Part shown: piece by piece, positions 50,568 to 62,696 of the stretch
Layout: every line of letters starts with the position of its first letter
Position numbering within the stretch: position 1 is the stretch's first letter
NCBI GenBank assembly: GCA_950097015.1
Contig: CATNEN010000038.1
Location: forward strand, 10,912,001 to 10,976,000
Length of the DNA stretch: 64,000 nt
Reading direction: 5' to 3'
From: Macrostomum hystrix
Taxonomy: Eukaryota > Animalia > Platyhelminthes
The notes under the pieces: generated by a model
What the model was told of the DNA's origin: nothing
Database searches by the model: none
What the model saw: the letters and a program-made list of their open reading frames with translations, nothing else
Made by a program: the position numbers and the translations under genes

Positions 50568-51689
50568 GAGGAAGAGAGGCAGAGGAAGGGAGGCAGACGA
50601 AGGGAGGCAGAGGAAGGGAGGCAGAGGAAGGGAGGCAGAGGAAGGGTGGAAGAGGAAGGGAGGCAGAGGAAGGGTGGAAGAGGAAGGGAGGCAGAGGAAG
50701 GGAGGCAGAGGAAGGGAGGCAGAGGAAGGGTGGAAGAGGAAGGGAGGCAGAGGAAGGGTGGAAGAGGAAGGGAGGCAGAGGAAGGGAGGCAGAGGAAGGG
50801 AGGCAGAGGAAGGGAGGCAGAGGAAGAGAGGCAGAGGAAGGGAGGCAGAGGAAGGGTGGAAGAGGAAGGGAGGCAGAGGAAGGGAGGCAGAGGAAGGGAG
50901 GCAGAGGAAGGGAGGCAGAGGAAGGGAGGCAGAGGAAGGGTGGAAGAGGAAGGGAGGCAGAGGAAGGGAGGCAGACGAAGGGAGGCAGAGGAAGGGTGGA
51001 AGAGGAAGGGAGGCAGAGGAAGGGAGGCAGAGGAAGGGAGGCAGAGGAAGGGAGGCAGAGGAAGGGAGGCAGAGGAAGGGAGGCAGAGGAAGGGAGGCAG
51101 AGGAAGGGAGGCAGAGGAAGGGAGGCAGAGGAAGGGAGGCAGAGGAAGGGAGGCAGAGGAAGGGAGGCAGAGGAAGGGAGGCAGAGGAAGGGAGGCAGAG
51201 GAAGGGAGGCAGAGGAAGGGTGGAAGAGGAAGGGAGGCAGACGAAGGGAGGCAGAGGAAGGGAGGCAGAGGAAGGGTGGAAGAGGAAGGGAGGCAGAGGA
51301 AGGGAGGCAGAGGAAGGGAGGCAGAGGAAGGGAGGCAGAGGAAGGGAGGCAGAGGAAGGGAGGCAGAGGAATGGTGGAAGAGAAAGGGAGGCAGAGGAAG
51401 GGAGGCAGAGGAAAGGAGGCAGAGGAAGGGAGGCAGAGGAAGGGAGGCAGAGGAAGGGAGGCAGAGGAAGGGAGGCAGAGGAAGGGAGGCAGAGGAAGGG
51501 AGGCAGAGGAAGGGAGGCAGAGGAAGGGTGGAAGAGGAAGGGAGGCAGAGGAAGGGAGGCAGACGAAGGGAGGCAGAGGAAGGGTGGAAGAGGAAGGGAG
51601 GCAGAGGAAGGGAGGCAGACGAAGGGAGGCAGAGGAAGTGAGGCAGAGGAAGGGAGGCAGAGGAAGGGAGGCAGAGGAAGGGAGGCAGA
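50568..51689. repeat. 14-bp polypurine minisatellite
   Basis: Unit gaggaagggaggca, about 80 copies. Confidence 0.96.
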
Positions 51690-52562
51690 TGGAATTGTGA
51701 GCAAGTGAAAGGTTCTGAGATGGGAGACTATGGAGGATGGTAAGTTATATTCTGGTAGCCTGCTGAAGAGCTGTTTGTCAGGCAACAGGGTCTTGGCCGT
51801 TGCATTTAAAATTCCGCGCATCCGATAAAAAGTTATCAGCGGCAGAACAAATAGTTGTGGATACCACGAAAGAGTAGAAGTTGCCGAGAGGCTACCAAAT
51901 TTGCCTGTCTGTGAGTTCGCCGCTGCTCTGCATCCTCTACTCATCCCCACCAGAATCCGACCAGAACCGATGCACTATTACTGAGCTGGCCCAAATTATT
52001 AATGAGCTGTTCTGCAACCCATGCAGAGCGGCCCTCGTGCCTTCTGCCCTCGTCTAGCCTAAGCCCTAGCCATTTCCCTCTCAAATTACTTGCATGCTGC
52101 GCCTTCATTTTATAATCCCTTTCCCGCAACACAGAGAGGGGCTAGCTCACACCAAACTTGCTAGGAGTATAGACTCAGAGAGATGAAGCTTTGGCCAACC
52201 AGATACACGCCTTGCCATCTCCACATCTACCCAGCCACCAGGCCGATTTTCAAACTGGGCAGGGGGTAGCGTGGCTGACTGGCTTGCAAGAATTCACCAA
52301 GATACAAAATCCAAGAATGTTGACACGTTTCATATGCTGTTGCTGTCTGCCTCTTGGACGTTAAAAATCTCAGTCAGGGCCATACCGGGACTGGGACTGG
52401 TTGAGCAACCAGCAACAGCTGTCACTTCTCGGCGCCTCGATCTCTGGGACTCAACCAGGCGACCGATCTTCAAGATCTGCACGGTAACTTGAGAACCTCC
52501 TGGCTAGACCTGTCTCTTCTTGTTTCTTTATCTCTATCGGCCTCTCTTTCCAGTTGACGGGA

Positions 52563-52588
52563 GTGTGTGTGTGTGTGTGTGTGTGTGT
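52563..52588. repeat. (GT)n microsatellite
   Basis: Direct inspection. Confidence 0.9.
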
Positions 52589-53103
52589 CTGGCTTAGCAC
52601 TTTTCAACTGATGGCCAGCCCCGCTGAGCATGGGCATAGAGCGTGTGCGCATTGAGGAGTGCAAGACGGCCAATCTAACCCGCTTCCCCATTCCTACTCT
52701 TCCTCATCTCTGCCCGATCCTCTCTCCCCACTTCTCTCATTCCATTCTAAGCTAAAACCCAGCCCTAAATCCGAAAATGGCTGCAGCAGCAGCAGCAGCC
52801 GCAACCGCCATACCCTGCTGCAATCTCTCTTCGTTCGCATTGCGATCTACCAAATAGCAAATAGCAAATTTTCCTAGGATCATTCGGCCGTTTCCACTAC
52901 AAAATCTGACACCGGATGCAAATCGACTCTCATTTATCATCTGGCGGCATCTGCACAGGCCAAACACCGCTTAAATGAGTTCGGCACTCTCGGAACCACA
53001 ATTTTAACATTTGCGCTGATCGGACCAGACCGAGGCATGATTAACTTTCTGTCAAAACCGTTCATCAAGCTAAAGAAGGTAGGCCCCAAGATGCGCTTCA
53101 GTA

Positions 53104-53770
53104 TCGCTTTTGTCAGCCAAGTCACGTTGAGAATTCCATTCAGTGCAGTAGCAGCCACTGCCATAGAACTTCGACCATAGACAAAAAAGGGCTGCGTAAT
53201 TTATTCCGACAAAACGCGTTGTGTCTACTGAACTCAGACGAATGTCGCATTTTTTGGCAACAGCATAGAGTCTATGGACACGCCAGGAGTCGCGAGTGGC
53301 CCATCCTGCGAATATAGAATATTTGAGCCAAAAAAGTGGAGAATTCCAGTAATAATCGATTAGTGAAATTACCCCAGAACATTTTCCTGGCAGCGCTCGA
53401 ATGCTAACAGAGTTGGCTGGTAACGGATTAGTTGACAGACTAGACAATGGTGTGCTGTGGTTGAGCTGCGCCTAATATTTAGGTTTGATCAGTGAAATTA
53501 CAGTGGCCTATTTCCACCTGTTGTAGCCCTTAGACTGTTTAGACTGCACATTCTGTGACTCTCTATCCTCGATTCGATTGAGTTTTAGCCTGAGACTTTT
53601 AGCGTTTAATGAACGGCTTAGCTTGATTTATTACAGTCTAAGGCTTTTATCAACTTGGTTGGCTCTTTTGTCTATGGTCGAGTGTAGTTCTATGGCAGTG
53701 GCTGCTACTGCAGTGAATGGAGGATTCTTAAAGTGATTGACTTTATTCTAGACTTGGCTGACAAAAGCGA
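53104..53770. mobile_element. Degenerate MITE-like element with long imperfect TIRs, TA-flanked
   Basis: 53104-53187 (tcgcttttgtcagccaagtc...ccattcagtgcagtagcagccactgccatagaact..tcgaccatagacaaaa) is the reverse complement, with indels, of 53666-53770. Confidence 0.7.
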
Positions 53771-54089
53771 TAATGCTCAGTTTACTATAGTTATAATTTG
53801 TACGAATCAGTACAGAATACATGGATTCCCAGTGACGGACAGATGGTTGCCATGCGGATCGCGTGACGGACGCATTTGTTCGGCTCAACTCAACCGGAAA
53901 TTCGTGTTTCTTGCCTTTTTTTATCGATTCTACTCAAACTAGGCAAGTCGGTTAGATAGATAAATGCGCTCACTTGGTTGAGCAGGTCGGGATCAGACAT
54001 TCGAAATTCCGCCACGGTTTCAACAGGAGCTGGAGCTGCGAGCTAGTTCCAGGAGCGGATCGCCCGACAGGCTGCAAGCCGGATCCGCG

Positions 54090-56079
54090 ATGGAGCTGGC
54101 CGGAGCGGATGGAGCGAAACTGGGGATGCAGCCCGTCCAGGCTCCTCTGTTCAGCAGTGTGACCTTCCAGCAGCAGCAGCAGCAGCAGCAGCAACCGCAG
54201 CTGCGGAGTTCCAAATCGAGCACCGGTGAGTTTTCAATTGGGATGATTTGCAAAAGTCGATAGCTGCATTGGTATATTTAGTGATATCCCCCATTCAAAG
54301 AAATCCCAATTGATAAAAATCCCAATTCAAAGAAATCCCGATTCATGGAAGTCCCAATTCATAGAAATCCCTATGAATGGAAATCCCAATTCATAGAAAT
54401 CCCATTTTATCGAAATCCCAATTCAAAGAAATCCCTATTTATATAAATCCCAATTTAAAGAAATCCCAATTCATAGAAATCCCAATATATAGAAATCCCA
54501 AGTCAAAGAAATCCCAATGCATAGAAATCCCAATTTATAGAAATCCCAATTATTAGAAAAATCCCAATTTAAAGAAATCCCAATTCATAGAAATCCCAAT
54601 TCATAGAAATCCCAATTCATAGAAATCCCAATTCATAGAAATCCCAATTCATAGAAATCCCAATTCATAGAAATACCAATTAATTTCGGATTTCGGTCGC
54701 CTTTAAACTTCCTCAGATTCGTCTCCTCGACGTCGGACAAGGTCGGACGGTCCGACAGCTTCGACAGCGGTGGCGGGTACTTTAACCGTTCCAGCTGCCG
54801 AGTCATCTGTGTGGCTGATGCCTCCAGTAATTCAGCATCAGCAGCAGCATCAGCTTCTGCAGCAACCAGATCAACCCTTGCCCACAGTGGGTCTGATAAT
54901 GCAGCCACCACGCCGAAGATTCATAGCTGCTTCCGATTCTCACCTGAATGAGTCGGCGGCAGCCGAAGATGTTGGTGGTTGGAATTCGCAACGAGAACCG
55001 ACGCCGATTTTTCAACGTCGTCAGCAGCAACAGCAGCAGCAGCAGCAGCATGTGAATCAGGAGCTATCTACCAGGTTTAGCTTCAATCAGGGTCCGAGTG
55101 GAGTATCGTTTCGACTAGATTCGGCACCGATTGAACCAGCATCAGGGGCGCAGCCGCAGCCGCAGCTGGTTCCAGCTCCTCCGGTCATGCCACTAGCGGA
55201 AGATGATCTCGAGGATCCAGCCGGCCACACTGCCCGGCTCCTGCGAGACACGGCGACGCTTCTGCACGACATGGAGGCCCGTCTGGCCAGAGGCTCCGTA
55301 GACAACATCCCGTACGCTGACGAGGAAGCCGTCGACGATATCGGCGGCGGCTGCTTCGCCCAGGGCGACTCGTTCGCCGATTTTGCCGACGACGTCTACG
55401 CTGACGAGGATGGCAACGAGGATGAGGGAAATCTGTCGTCAGACTCGGCTGAGACGATCGGCGCCGGCGGTGGCGGGGCATTCTCGTCGATCTCGCCGCA
55501 TCAGATGGACAGAAAGCGTGGCTCCCTCCCGGCTCTCAGCGGCTCGTTTTCCTCGCTGATGCAGACCTCGTTTCATCAGCAACGGCAGCAGCTGCCCGCC
55601 GCCACCAAGGTTAATAATGATAACAATTGCACATCATTTGGTGACAGAGAACCCACAGCCAGCGAGGAGGCAATTCTGCCCATTTTGCTGACTCCTGAGC
55701 ACCCACGCACTCAGATACTGTACGCAGGCATATGCTCACACAGGTCAGCATCGTCAGGCAGTGTACACTCTCACAGCGCCTTGGAGTTTGGTACTCAAGT
55801 GTGTAAGTTGCATAACAGGCCCAACAAGGGGCGCTGCATTGGAGAGAATGCTGAAGAGGCTTTTCAAACAATCTACTACGCCCATGAGTGCCGACCCCAA
55901 AGGCACGCACAGGGGGATTGTACGATGTCTAACGGTCGCCTCCTCGTTGGCTGCAATTGATGCGTCAGTTCTACGGATGGTCTCTTTAAAATACTCATAT
56001 TCCTCTAATGTTATAAATTTCAGCAACAGCAGCAGTTTTCGATCTTGCAGCAGCAGCAGCAACTGCAACAATTACAGCT

Positions 56080-56133
<54 letters not shown>

Positions 56134-57869
56134 GACGAAGCATCGCGGCATACGTTTGCGACTGTTCGGAGGTCGGCATAGGCAGCAACAGAAGCAGCAG
56201 CAGCAGCAGCGGCAGCAGGAACTTCTACAACAGCAACAGCAACTGCAGCTGCAACAGCAGCAGCAACTGTTGCAACTTCGGCGTCAAGTCTCAGCTGGAA
56301 GTGCCGGTCCCACTGAAGACATGTGTACTTCGGTTTCCCGGCACTCGCTGATCCAACTGCAGCAGCAGCATCAGCATCAGCAGCAGTACCCGTACAGTTA
56401 CCAGAGCCAGTACCAAAGCACCTGGCGCTACAGCTCAGTCTCCGAGCTCAGCAGAATCCGTGAGACGTCAGTCGATGGTGTCGGGTTCTCCAGCTTCTTG
56501 CCTAGGCAGAAGGTGAGTGCGATATGTGCGCCCTTCTTCTATTAATGACCAAGGAGCACACAGACAAAACTCTTTGAAAAATCACTTATCATTCAGGAGC
56601 AGCAGAAGCAGCAGCAGCAGCAGTCGCAGTACTCGACTCTGCCTCACATTCGACATCCGCGCCAGACGGCCACTTCAACAGCCGTCAGCGGCGGAGCCAA
56701 CGGCAGCCGTCACTCGTCGGCATTTTCACCGTTCGACTCGAAGTCTTCAGCGTTTCCTAGAAATCGCAGCCGCTCTGTTGCCATCCTGTCAAACGCCGCC
56801 TCATCTTCGTCGTTGTCAATGACAACAATCGGGGCTTCCGGACCAACCTACGATAGCGACCTGCTGGCTGCCAGCCTGCTGCAGGTGGCCCAGAAGCTGC
56901 GCCGCTGCTCAGACGACCTGCTGGGCAAGCTTCGGCGCAGTCGGCACCTGAGTCGCACGCCGAGCCCCGCTGAGGAGCTGCTGCTCCGCCAGAGAAGCCT
57001 GGACGGCGGCAGCGTCGGTGGAGGCGCTGGCATTCGATTGCCGGAGACCTTGCACTGCTGCATTCACAACCTTCGCGCTGTGCAGTACCAGCTGAATTGT
57101 GAGCTGCTTGGTTTCTCGAGACCATTGGTGAAAGTATCTGCCACTCTGAGGGGTGCCAGGCAGAGCGGCTAACGAGTTTGCCTCTCGCACCAATGTTCGC
57201 GGGGAGGCTACATTCGATTCGGGCGCAGCCGCTGAGAGTTGGCTTCAGGGCTTGTCGTGTCGTGCAATTCACTCCCTTGAGGGCCCACGTCCAAGGCACA
57301 GTGCGAGTGTACACTGCCTGACGATGCGAAAGTCAGGGCAGGTGTACACACCTGTGTGAGCGCGTGTCAGCGTACAGTATCTGTGTGCGTGTGTGCTCAG
57401 GAAGTCAGCGAAATGGGCAGAATCGCCTCTTCGCTGGCTGCGAGTCTGGTGTCACCAAACGATGTGCCATTGCCTGCTGCCCTCGAGCAAATATTATTGT
57501 TATTATTACATCAACCACTCTGCACTTTCCACTAGTGGAGTATTTATGTTGCTATGGCAACCCAATTTAGCTTGTATCTCGTAGCCCATCTGTTTTGACT
57601 TCTTACCAAAAGGTCGGGAGTTCGATTCGCAGTCTAACAGAACTAATTTATGTCTCGTTCGTTGTCAAGGTAATCGCTGTCGAATTCCCATTCCATTCGC
57701 AGTGATTGAGCACGCCATATTTCCTCAGGCCAAGAGCGGCCGCAACTCGGCCCTGGGCAGCTGCTCAGAGTCCGAGTACCTGATGGAGCGGGACAGAATC
57801 CACGGCGAGCTGCGCGGATTTCGGCCAATCGATCCGGCTGGGGGGCAGCAGCAGCAGAACTACTCATAG
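54090..57869 (+). CDS. Uncharacterised Gln/Ser-rich, largely low-complexity protein (about 728 aa)
   Basis: Exons 54090-54225, 54717-55609, 56024-56512, 56597-57098, 57703-57869. GT-AG introns with phases 1,0,0,1 are consistent; total 2187 nt. The frame is also open from an acceptor at 53985, so the N-terminus may be longer. Confidence 0.72.
54288..54682. repeat. 17-bp intronic minisatellite
   Basis: Unit aattcatagaaatccca. Confidence 0.9.
55614..55800 (-). mobile_element. SINE family 1 3' fragment
   Basis: cagccagcgaggaggcaattctgcccatt...gactcctgagcac matches 2718-2860. Confidence 0.75.
57150..57508 (+). mobile_element. SINE family 1 copy with (TAT)n-like tail
   Basis: Body matches 45350-45690; tail attattgttattattac. 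Confidence 0.78.
57548..57561. promoter_or_regulatory. Consensus RFX X-box GTTGCTATGGCAAC (intronic)
   Basis: Near-perfect 14-bp palindromic X-box; function untested. Confidence 0.5.
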
Positions 57870-58324
57870 TAGCTTAATCGCGAGCGCACGAGTTTTTTTA
57901 ATTTAGTTTTCTGAATGGTCTTTCCTTATTGAACACTTTTCTAAGCTCGATCGCCTGAAAAGCGATTCTGCCGAAATTTTGAGCACACTTCATGGATTCA
58001 AACTGCTCAGACTTTCAGATTGTCAGGCGGTGTACAACTTGATTTTCCTGTAGTGTCACTAATCTTTTAATAATATTAATCATGCTTTTCAATCCCATTC
58101 TGAAAGTTTAGCATGTAGTCCGCTTTTGATAATCCGTGTGATCCCAACAAAATTTCGTGCTAAAACTACATAAAAAATAAACTTTTGCTTTTTCTGCTGC
58201 TTATAGTAGTGAGTGAAAGCGCAGGTAAAAACTCGTGTTTTCTTAGTCCTGTTTGAAGACTTCGCTCAGAGATTCTTAAGATTTAACCATGCGATTCCGT
58301 AATTCTGGCTGCAATTTTTCTATT

Positions 58325-61172
58325 TCAACTCTTGCTGCGAATCTAGTATCAACTCTTGCTGTGATTCTAGACTCGTGCTGCGATTCTATTATCAATTCTT
58401 GCTTCGATTCTAGTATCAACTCTTGCTGCGATTCTAGTATCAACTCTTGCTGTGATTCTAGACTCTTGCTGCGATTCTAGTATCAACTCTTGCTGCGATT
58501 CTAGTATCAACTCTTGCTGCGATTCTAGTATCAGCTCTTGCTGTGATTCTAGACTCTTGCTGCGATTCTAGTATCAACTCTTGCTGCGATTCTAGTATCA
58601 ACTCTTGCTGCGATTCTAGTATCAGCTCTTGCTGTGATTCTAGACTCTTGCTGCGATTCTAGTATCAACTCTTGCTGCGATTCTAGTATCAACTCTTGCT
58701 GTTTTTCTAGACTCTTGCTGCGATTCTAGTATCAAATCTTGCTGCGATTCTAGTATCAACTCTTGCTGTGATTCTAGACTCTTGCTGCGATTCTAGTATC
58801 AACTCTTGCTGCGATTCTAGTATCAACTCTTGCTGCGATTCTAGTATCAGCTCTTGCTGTGATTCTAGACTCTTGCTGCGATTCTAGTATCAACTCTTGC
58901 TGCGATTCTAGTATCAACTCTTGCTGTGATTCTAGACTCTTGCTGCGATTCTATTATCAATTCTTGCTGCGATTCTAGTATTAAATCTTGCTGCGATTCT
59001 AGTATCAACTCTTGCTGCGATTCTAGTATCAACTCTTGCTGCGATTCTAGTATTAAATCTTGCTGCGATTCTAGTATCAACTCTTGCTGCGATTCTAGTA
59101 TCAACTCTTGCTGCGATTCTAGACTCTTGCTGCGATTCTAGTATCAACTCTTGCTGCGATTCTAGTATCAACTCTTGCTGCGATTCTAGTATCAACTCTT
59201 GCTGCGATTCTAGTATCAACTCTTGCTGCGATTCTAGTATCAACTCTTGCTGCGATTCTAGTATCAACTCTTGCTGCGATTCTAGTGTCAACTCTTGCTG
59301 CGATTCTAGTATCAACTCTTGCTGCGAATCTAGTATCAACTCTTGCTGTGATTCTAGACTCTTGCTGCGATTCTAGTATCGACTCTTGCTGCGATTCTAG
59401 TGTCACTCTTGCTGTGATTCTAGACTCTTGCTGCGATTCTATTATCAATTCTTGCTGCGATTCTAGTATTAAATCTTGCTGCGATTCTAGTATCAACTCT
59501 TGCTGCGATTCTAGTATCAACTCTTGCTGCGATTCTAGTATTAAATCTTGCTGCGATTCTAGTATCAACTCTTGCTGCGATTCTAGTATCGACTCTTGCT
59601 GTGATTCTAGTGTCACTCGTGCTGCGATTCTAGTATCAACTCTTGCTGCGATTCTAGACTCGTGCTGCGATTCTATTATCAATTCTTGCTTCGATTCTAG
59701 TATCAACTCTTGCTGCGATTCTAGTATCAACTCTTGCTGTGATTCTAGACTCTTGCTGCGATTCTAGTATCAACTCTTGCTGCGATTCTAGTATCAACTC
59801 TTGCTGCGATTCTAGTATCAGCTCTTGCTGTGATTCTAGACTCTTGCTGCGATTCTAGTATCAACTCTTGCTGCGATTCTAGTATCAACTCTTGCTGCGA
59901 TTCTAGTATCAGCTCTTGCTGTGATTCTAGACTCTTGCTGCGATTCTAGTATCAACTCTTGCTGCGATTCTAGTATCAACTCTTGCTGTTTTTCTAGACT
60001 CTTGCTGCGATTCTAGTATCAAATCTTGCTGCGATTCTAGTATCAACTCTTGCTGTGATTCTAGACTCTTGCTGCGATTCTAGTATCAACTCTTGCTGCG
60101 ATTCTAGTATCAACTCTTGCTGCGATTCTAGTATCAGCTCTTGCTGTGATTCTAGACTCTTGCTGCGATTCTAGTATCAACTCTTGCTGCGATTCTAGTA
60201 TCAACTCTTGCTGTGATTCTAGACTCTTGCTGCGATTCTATTATCAATTCTTGCTGCGATTCTAGTATTAAATCTTGCTGCGATTCTAGTATCAACTCTT
60301 GCTGCGATTCTAGTATCAACTCTTGCTGCGATTCTAGTATTAAATCTTGCTGCGATTCTAGTATCAACTCTTGCTGCGATTCTAGTATCAACTCTTGCTG
60401 CGATTCTAGACTCTTGCTGCGATTCTAGTATCAACTCTTGCTGCGATTCTAGTATCAACTCTTGCTGCGATTCTAGTATCAACTCTTGCTGCGATTCTAG
60501 TATCAACTCTTGCTGTGATTCTAGACTCTTGCTGCGATTCTAGTATCAACTCTTGCTGCGATTCTAGTGTCAACTCTTGCTGCGATTCTAGTATCAACTC
60601 TTGCTGCGAATCTAGTATCAACTCTTGCTGTGATTCTAGACTCTTGCTGCGATTCTAGTATCGACTCTTGCTGCGATTCTAGTGTCACTCTTGCTGTGAT
60701 TCTAGACTCTTGCTGCGATTCTATTATCAATTCTTGCTGCGATTCTAGTATTAAATCTTGCTGCGATTCTAGTATCAACTCTTGCTGCGATTCTAGTATC
60801 AACTCTTGCTGCGATTCTAGTATTAAATCTTGCTGCGATTCTAGTATCAACTCTTGCTGCGATTCTAGTATCGACTCTTGCTGCGATTGTAGTATCGACT
60901 CTTGCTGTGATTCTAGTGTCACTCGTGCTGCGATTCTAGTATCAACTCTTGCTGCGATTCTAGTATCAACTCTTGCTGCGATTGTAGTATCGACTCTTGC
61001 TGTGATTCTAGTGTCACTCGTGCTGCGATTCTAGTATCAACTCTTGCTGCGATTCTAGTATCAACTCTTGCTGCGATTGTAGTATCGACTCTTGCTGTGA
61101 TTCTAGTGTCACTCGTGCTGCGATTCTAGTATCAACTCTTGCTGCGATTCTAGTATCAACTCTTGCTGCGGT
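58325..61172. repeat. 24-bp/19-bp minisatellite with a 1287-bp higher-order duplication
   Basis: Unit actcttgctgcgattctagtatca. Identical ORFs at 58865 and 60152 mark the block duplication. Confidence 0.95.
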
Positions 61173-61749
61173 TCTCGCAAATACTAATGATATGCAGAAT
61201 TAAATGTTCCTTAAGTTCTATATTTAAAACTCCAGGTCTCAAAGCTATTATTCTCACTAAATTCACTCTTAACTTGTACGAGCTACCTGGAACAATTGCA
61301 ACAAAACGTGACCTGGACTTGTAGGATATTCTCGATACGATCGAATTTCTTTTTTTCTGATTCAGCTAGCTGGGCCTGACGTGTCAAAAACTGAAAATTT
61401 GTTTGAAATTCAACACTTTTTATGACAAAGATGCCGGTCTGAGTTGTGTCGCTTCGTTTTTAATCTTTGCTGCATGACACAAAGCAGAGTGCCTTGACAG
61501 ATGCTCAATCCTAAAATACTAGACTGACTTTGTCTCGTGACCATTAAAAACATGATACTTTGAAAAACTATCTGGTTTAATCCGCATAAAAAATCTGACA
61601 TTTTGACAAAAACTGTATCTGGACATCGGGTCACAGACTTTAACAAAAATATGCCGGGTTGTGTGTCATGAGAGGGACTGGGAATTCTGTCAACGGGTAT
61701 TCTGCTGCAAACAGTAGTGCATACGATTCAAAAGCATCGATGAGTTGTT

Positions 61750-62580
61750 CAGTGCGTCAGATTAAAAGCGTTTGTGCAATCAACGTGCGTCAGATTGACA
61801 CCGTCCGTGCGATCATCGTGCGTCAGATTGACACCGTCCGTGCATTCATCGTGCGTCAGATTCAGCGTTTGTGCAATCAACGTGCGTCAGATAGATAAAC
61901 GTTTGTTTAATCATCGTGCGTCAGATTGACAGCATTTGTGCGATCAACGTGCGTCAGATTGACAGCATTTGTGCGATCAACGTGCGTCAGATAGATAAAC
62001 GTTTGTTTAATCATCGTGCGTCAGATTGACAGCATTTGTGCGATCAACGTGCGTCAGATAGATAAACGTTTGTTTAATCATCGTGCGTTAGATTTACATC
62101 GTCCGTGCAATCATCATGCGTCAGATTGACATCGTTCGTGCAATCATCGTGCGTCAGATTGACATCGTTCGTGCAATGATCGTTCGTCAGATTGAAAGCA
62201 TTTGTGCAATCAACGTGCGTCAGATAGATAAACGTTTGTTTAATCATCGTGCGTCAGATTTACATCGTCCGTGCATTCATCGTGCGTCAGATTCCGCGTT
62301 TGTGCAATCAACGTGCGTCAGATTGACAGCATTTGTGCAATCAACGTGCGTCAGATAGATAAACGTTTGTTTAATCATCGTGCGTTAGATTTACATCGTC
62401 CGTGCAATCATCGTGCGTCAGATTGACATCGTCCGTGCAATCATCGTGCGTCAGATTGACATCGTCCGTGCAATCATCGTGCGTCAGATTGAAAGCGTTT
62501 GTGCAATCCTCGTGCGTCAGATCGATTAACTTTTGTGCAATCATCGTGCGTCAGATTAATAATCGTCCGTGCAATCATTG
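61750..62580. repeat. About 33-bp degenerate minisatellite
   Basis: Core atcgtgcgtcagattgacatcgtccgtgcaatc. Confidence 0.9.
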
Positions 62581-62696
62581 TGTATCAGGTAAAAAGAGTT
62601 AGTGTGCGATTGTCATGCGTTAGATGACGATTCTGACAATCTTCATTCGGCCAGTTAAAACAGCACGCTGATCTGTTGTCCCGACCAGCTCCTAGC

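Noticed and set aside
49257-51950. 347-477 aa ORFs
   Set aside because: They are stop-free minisatellite translations.
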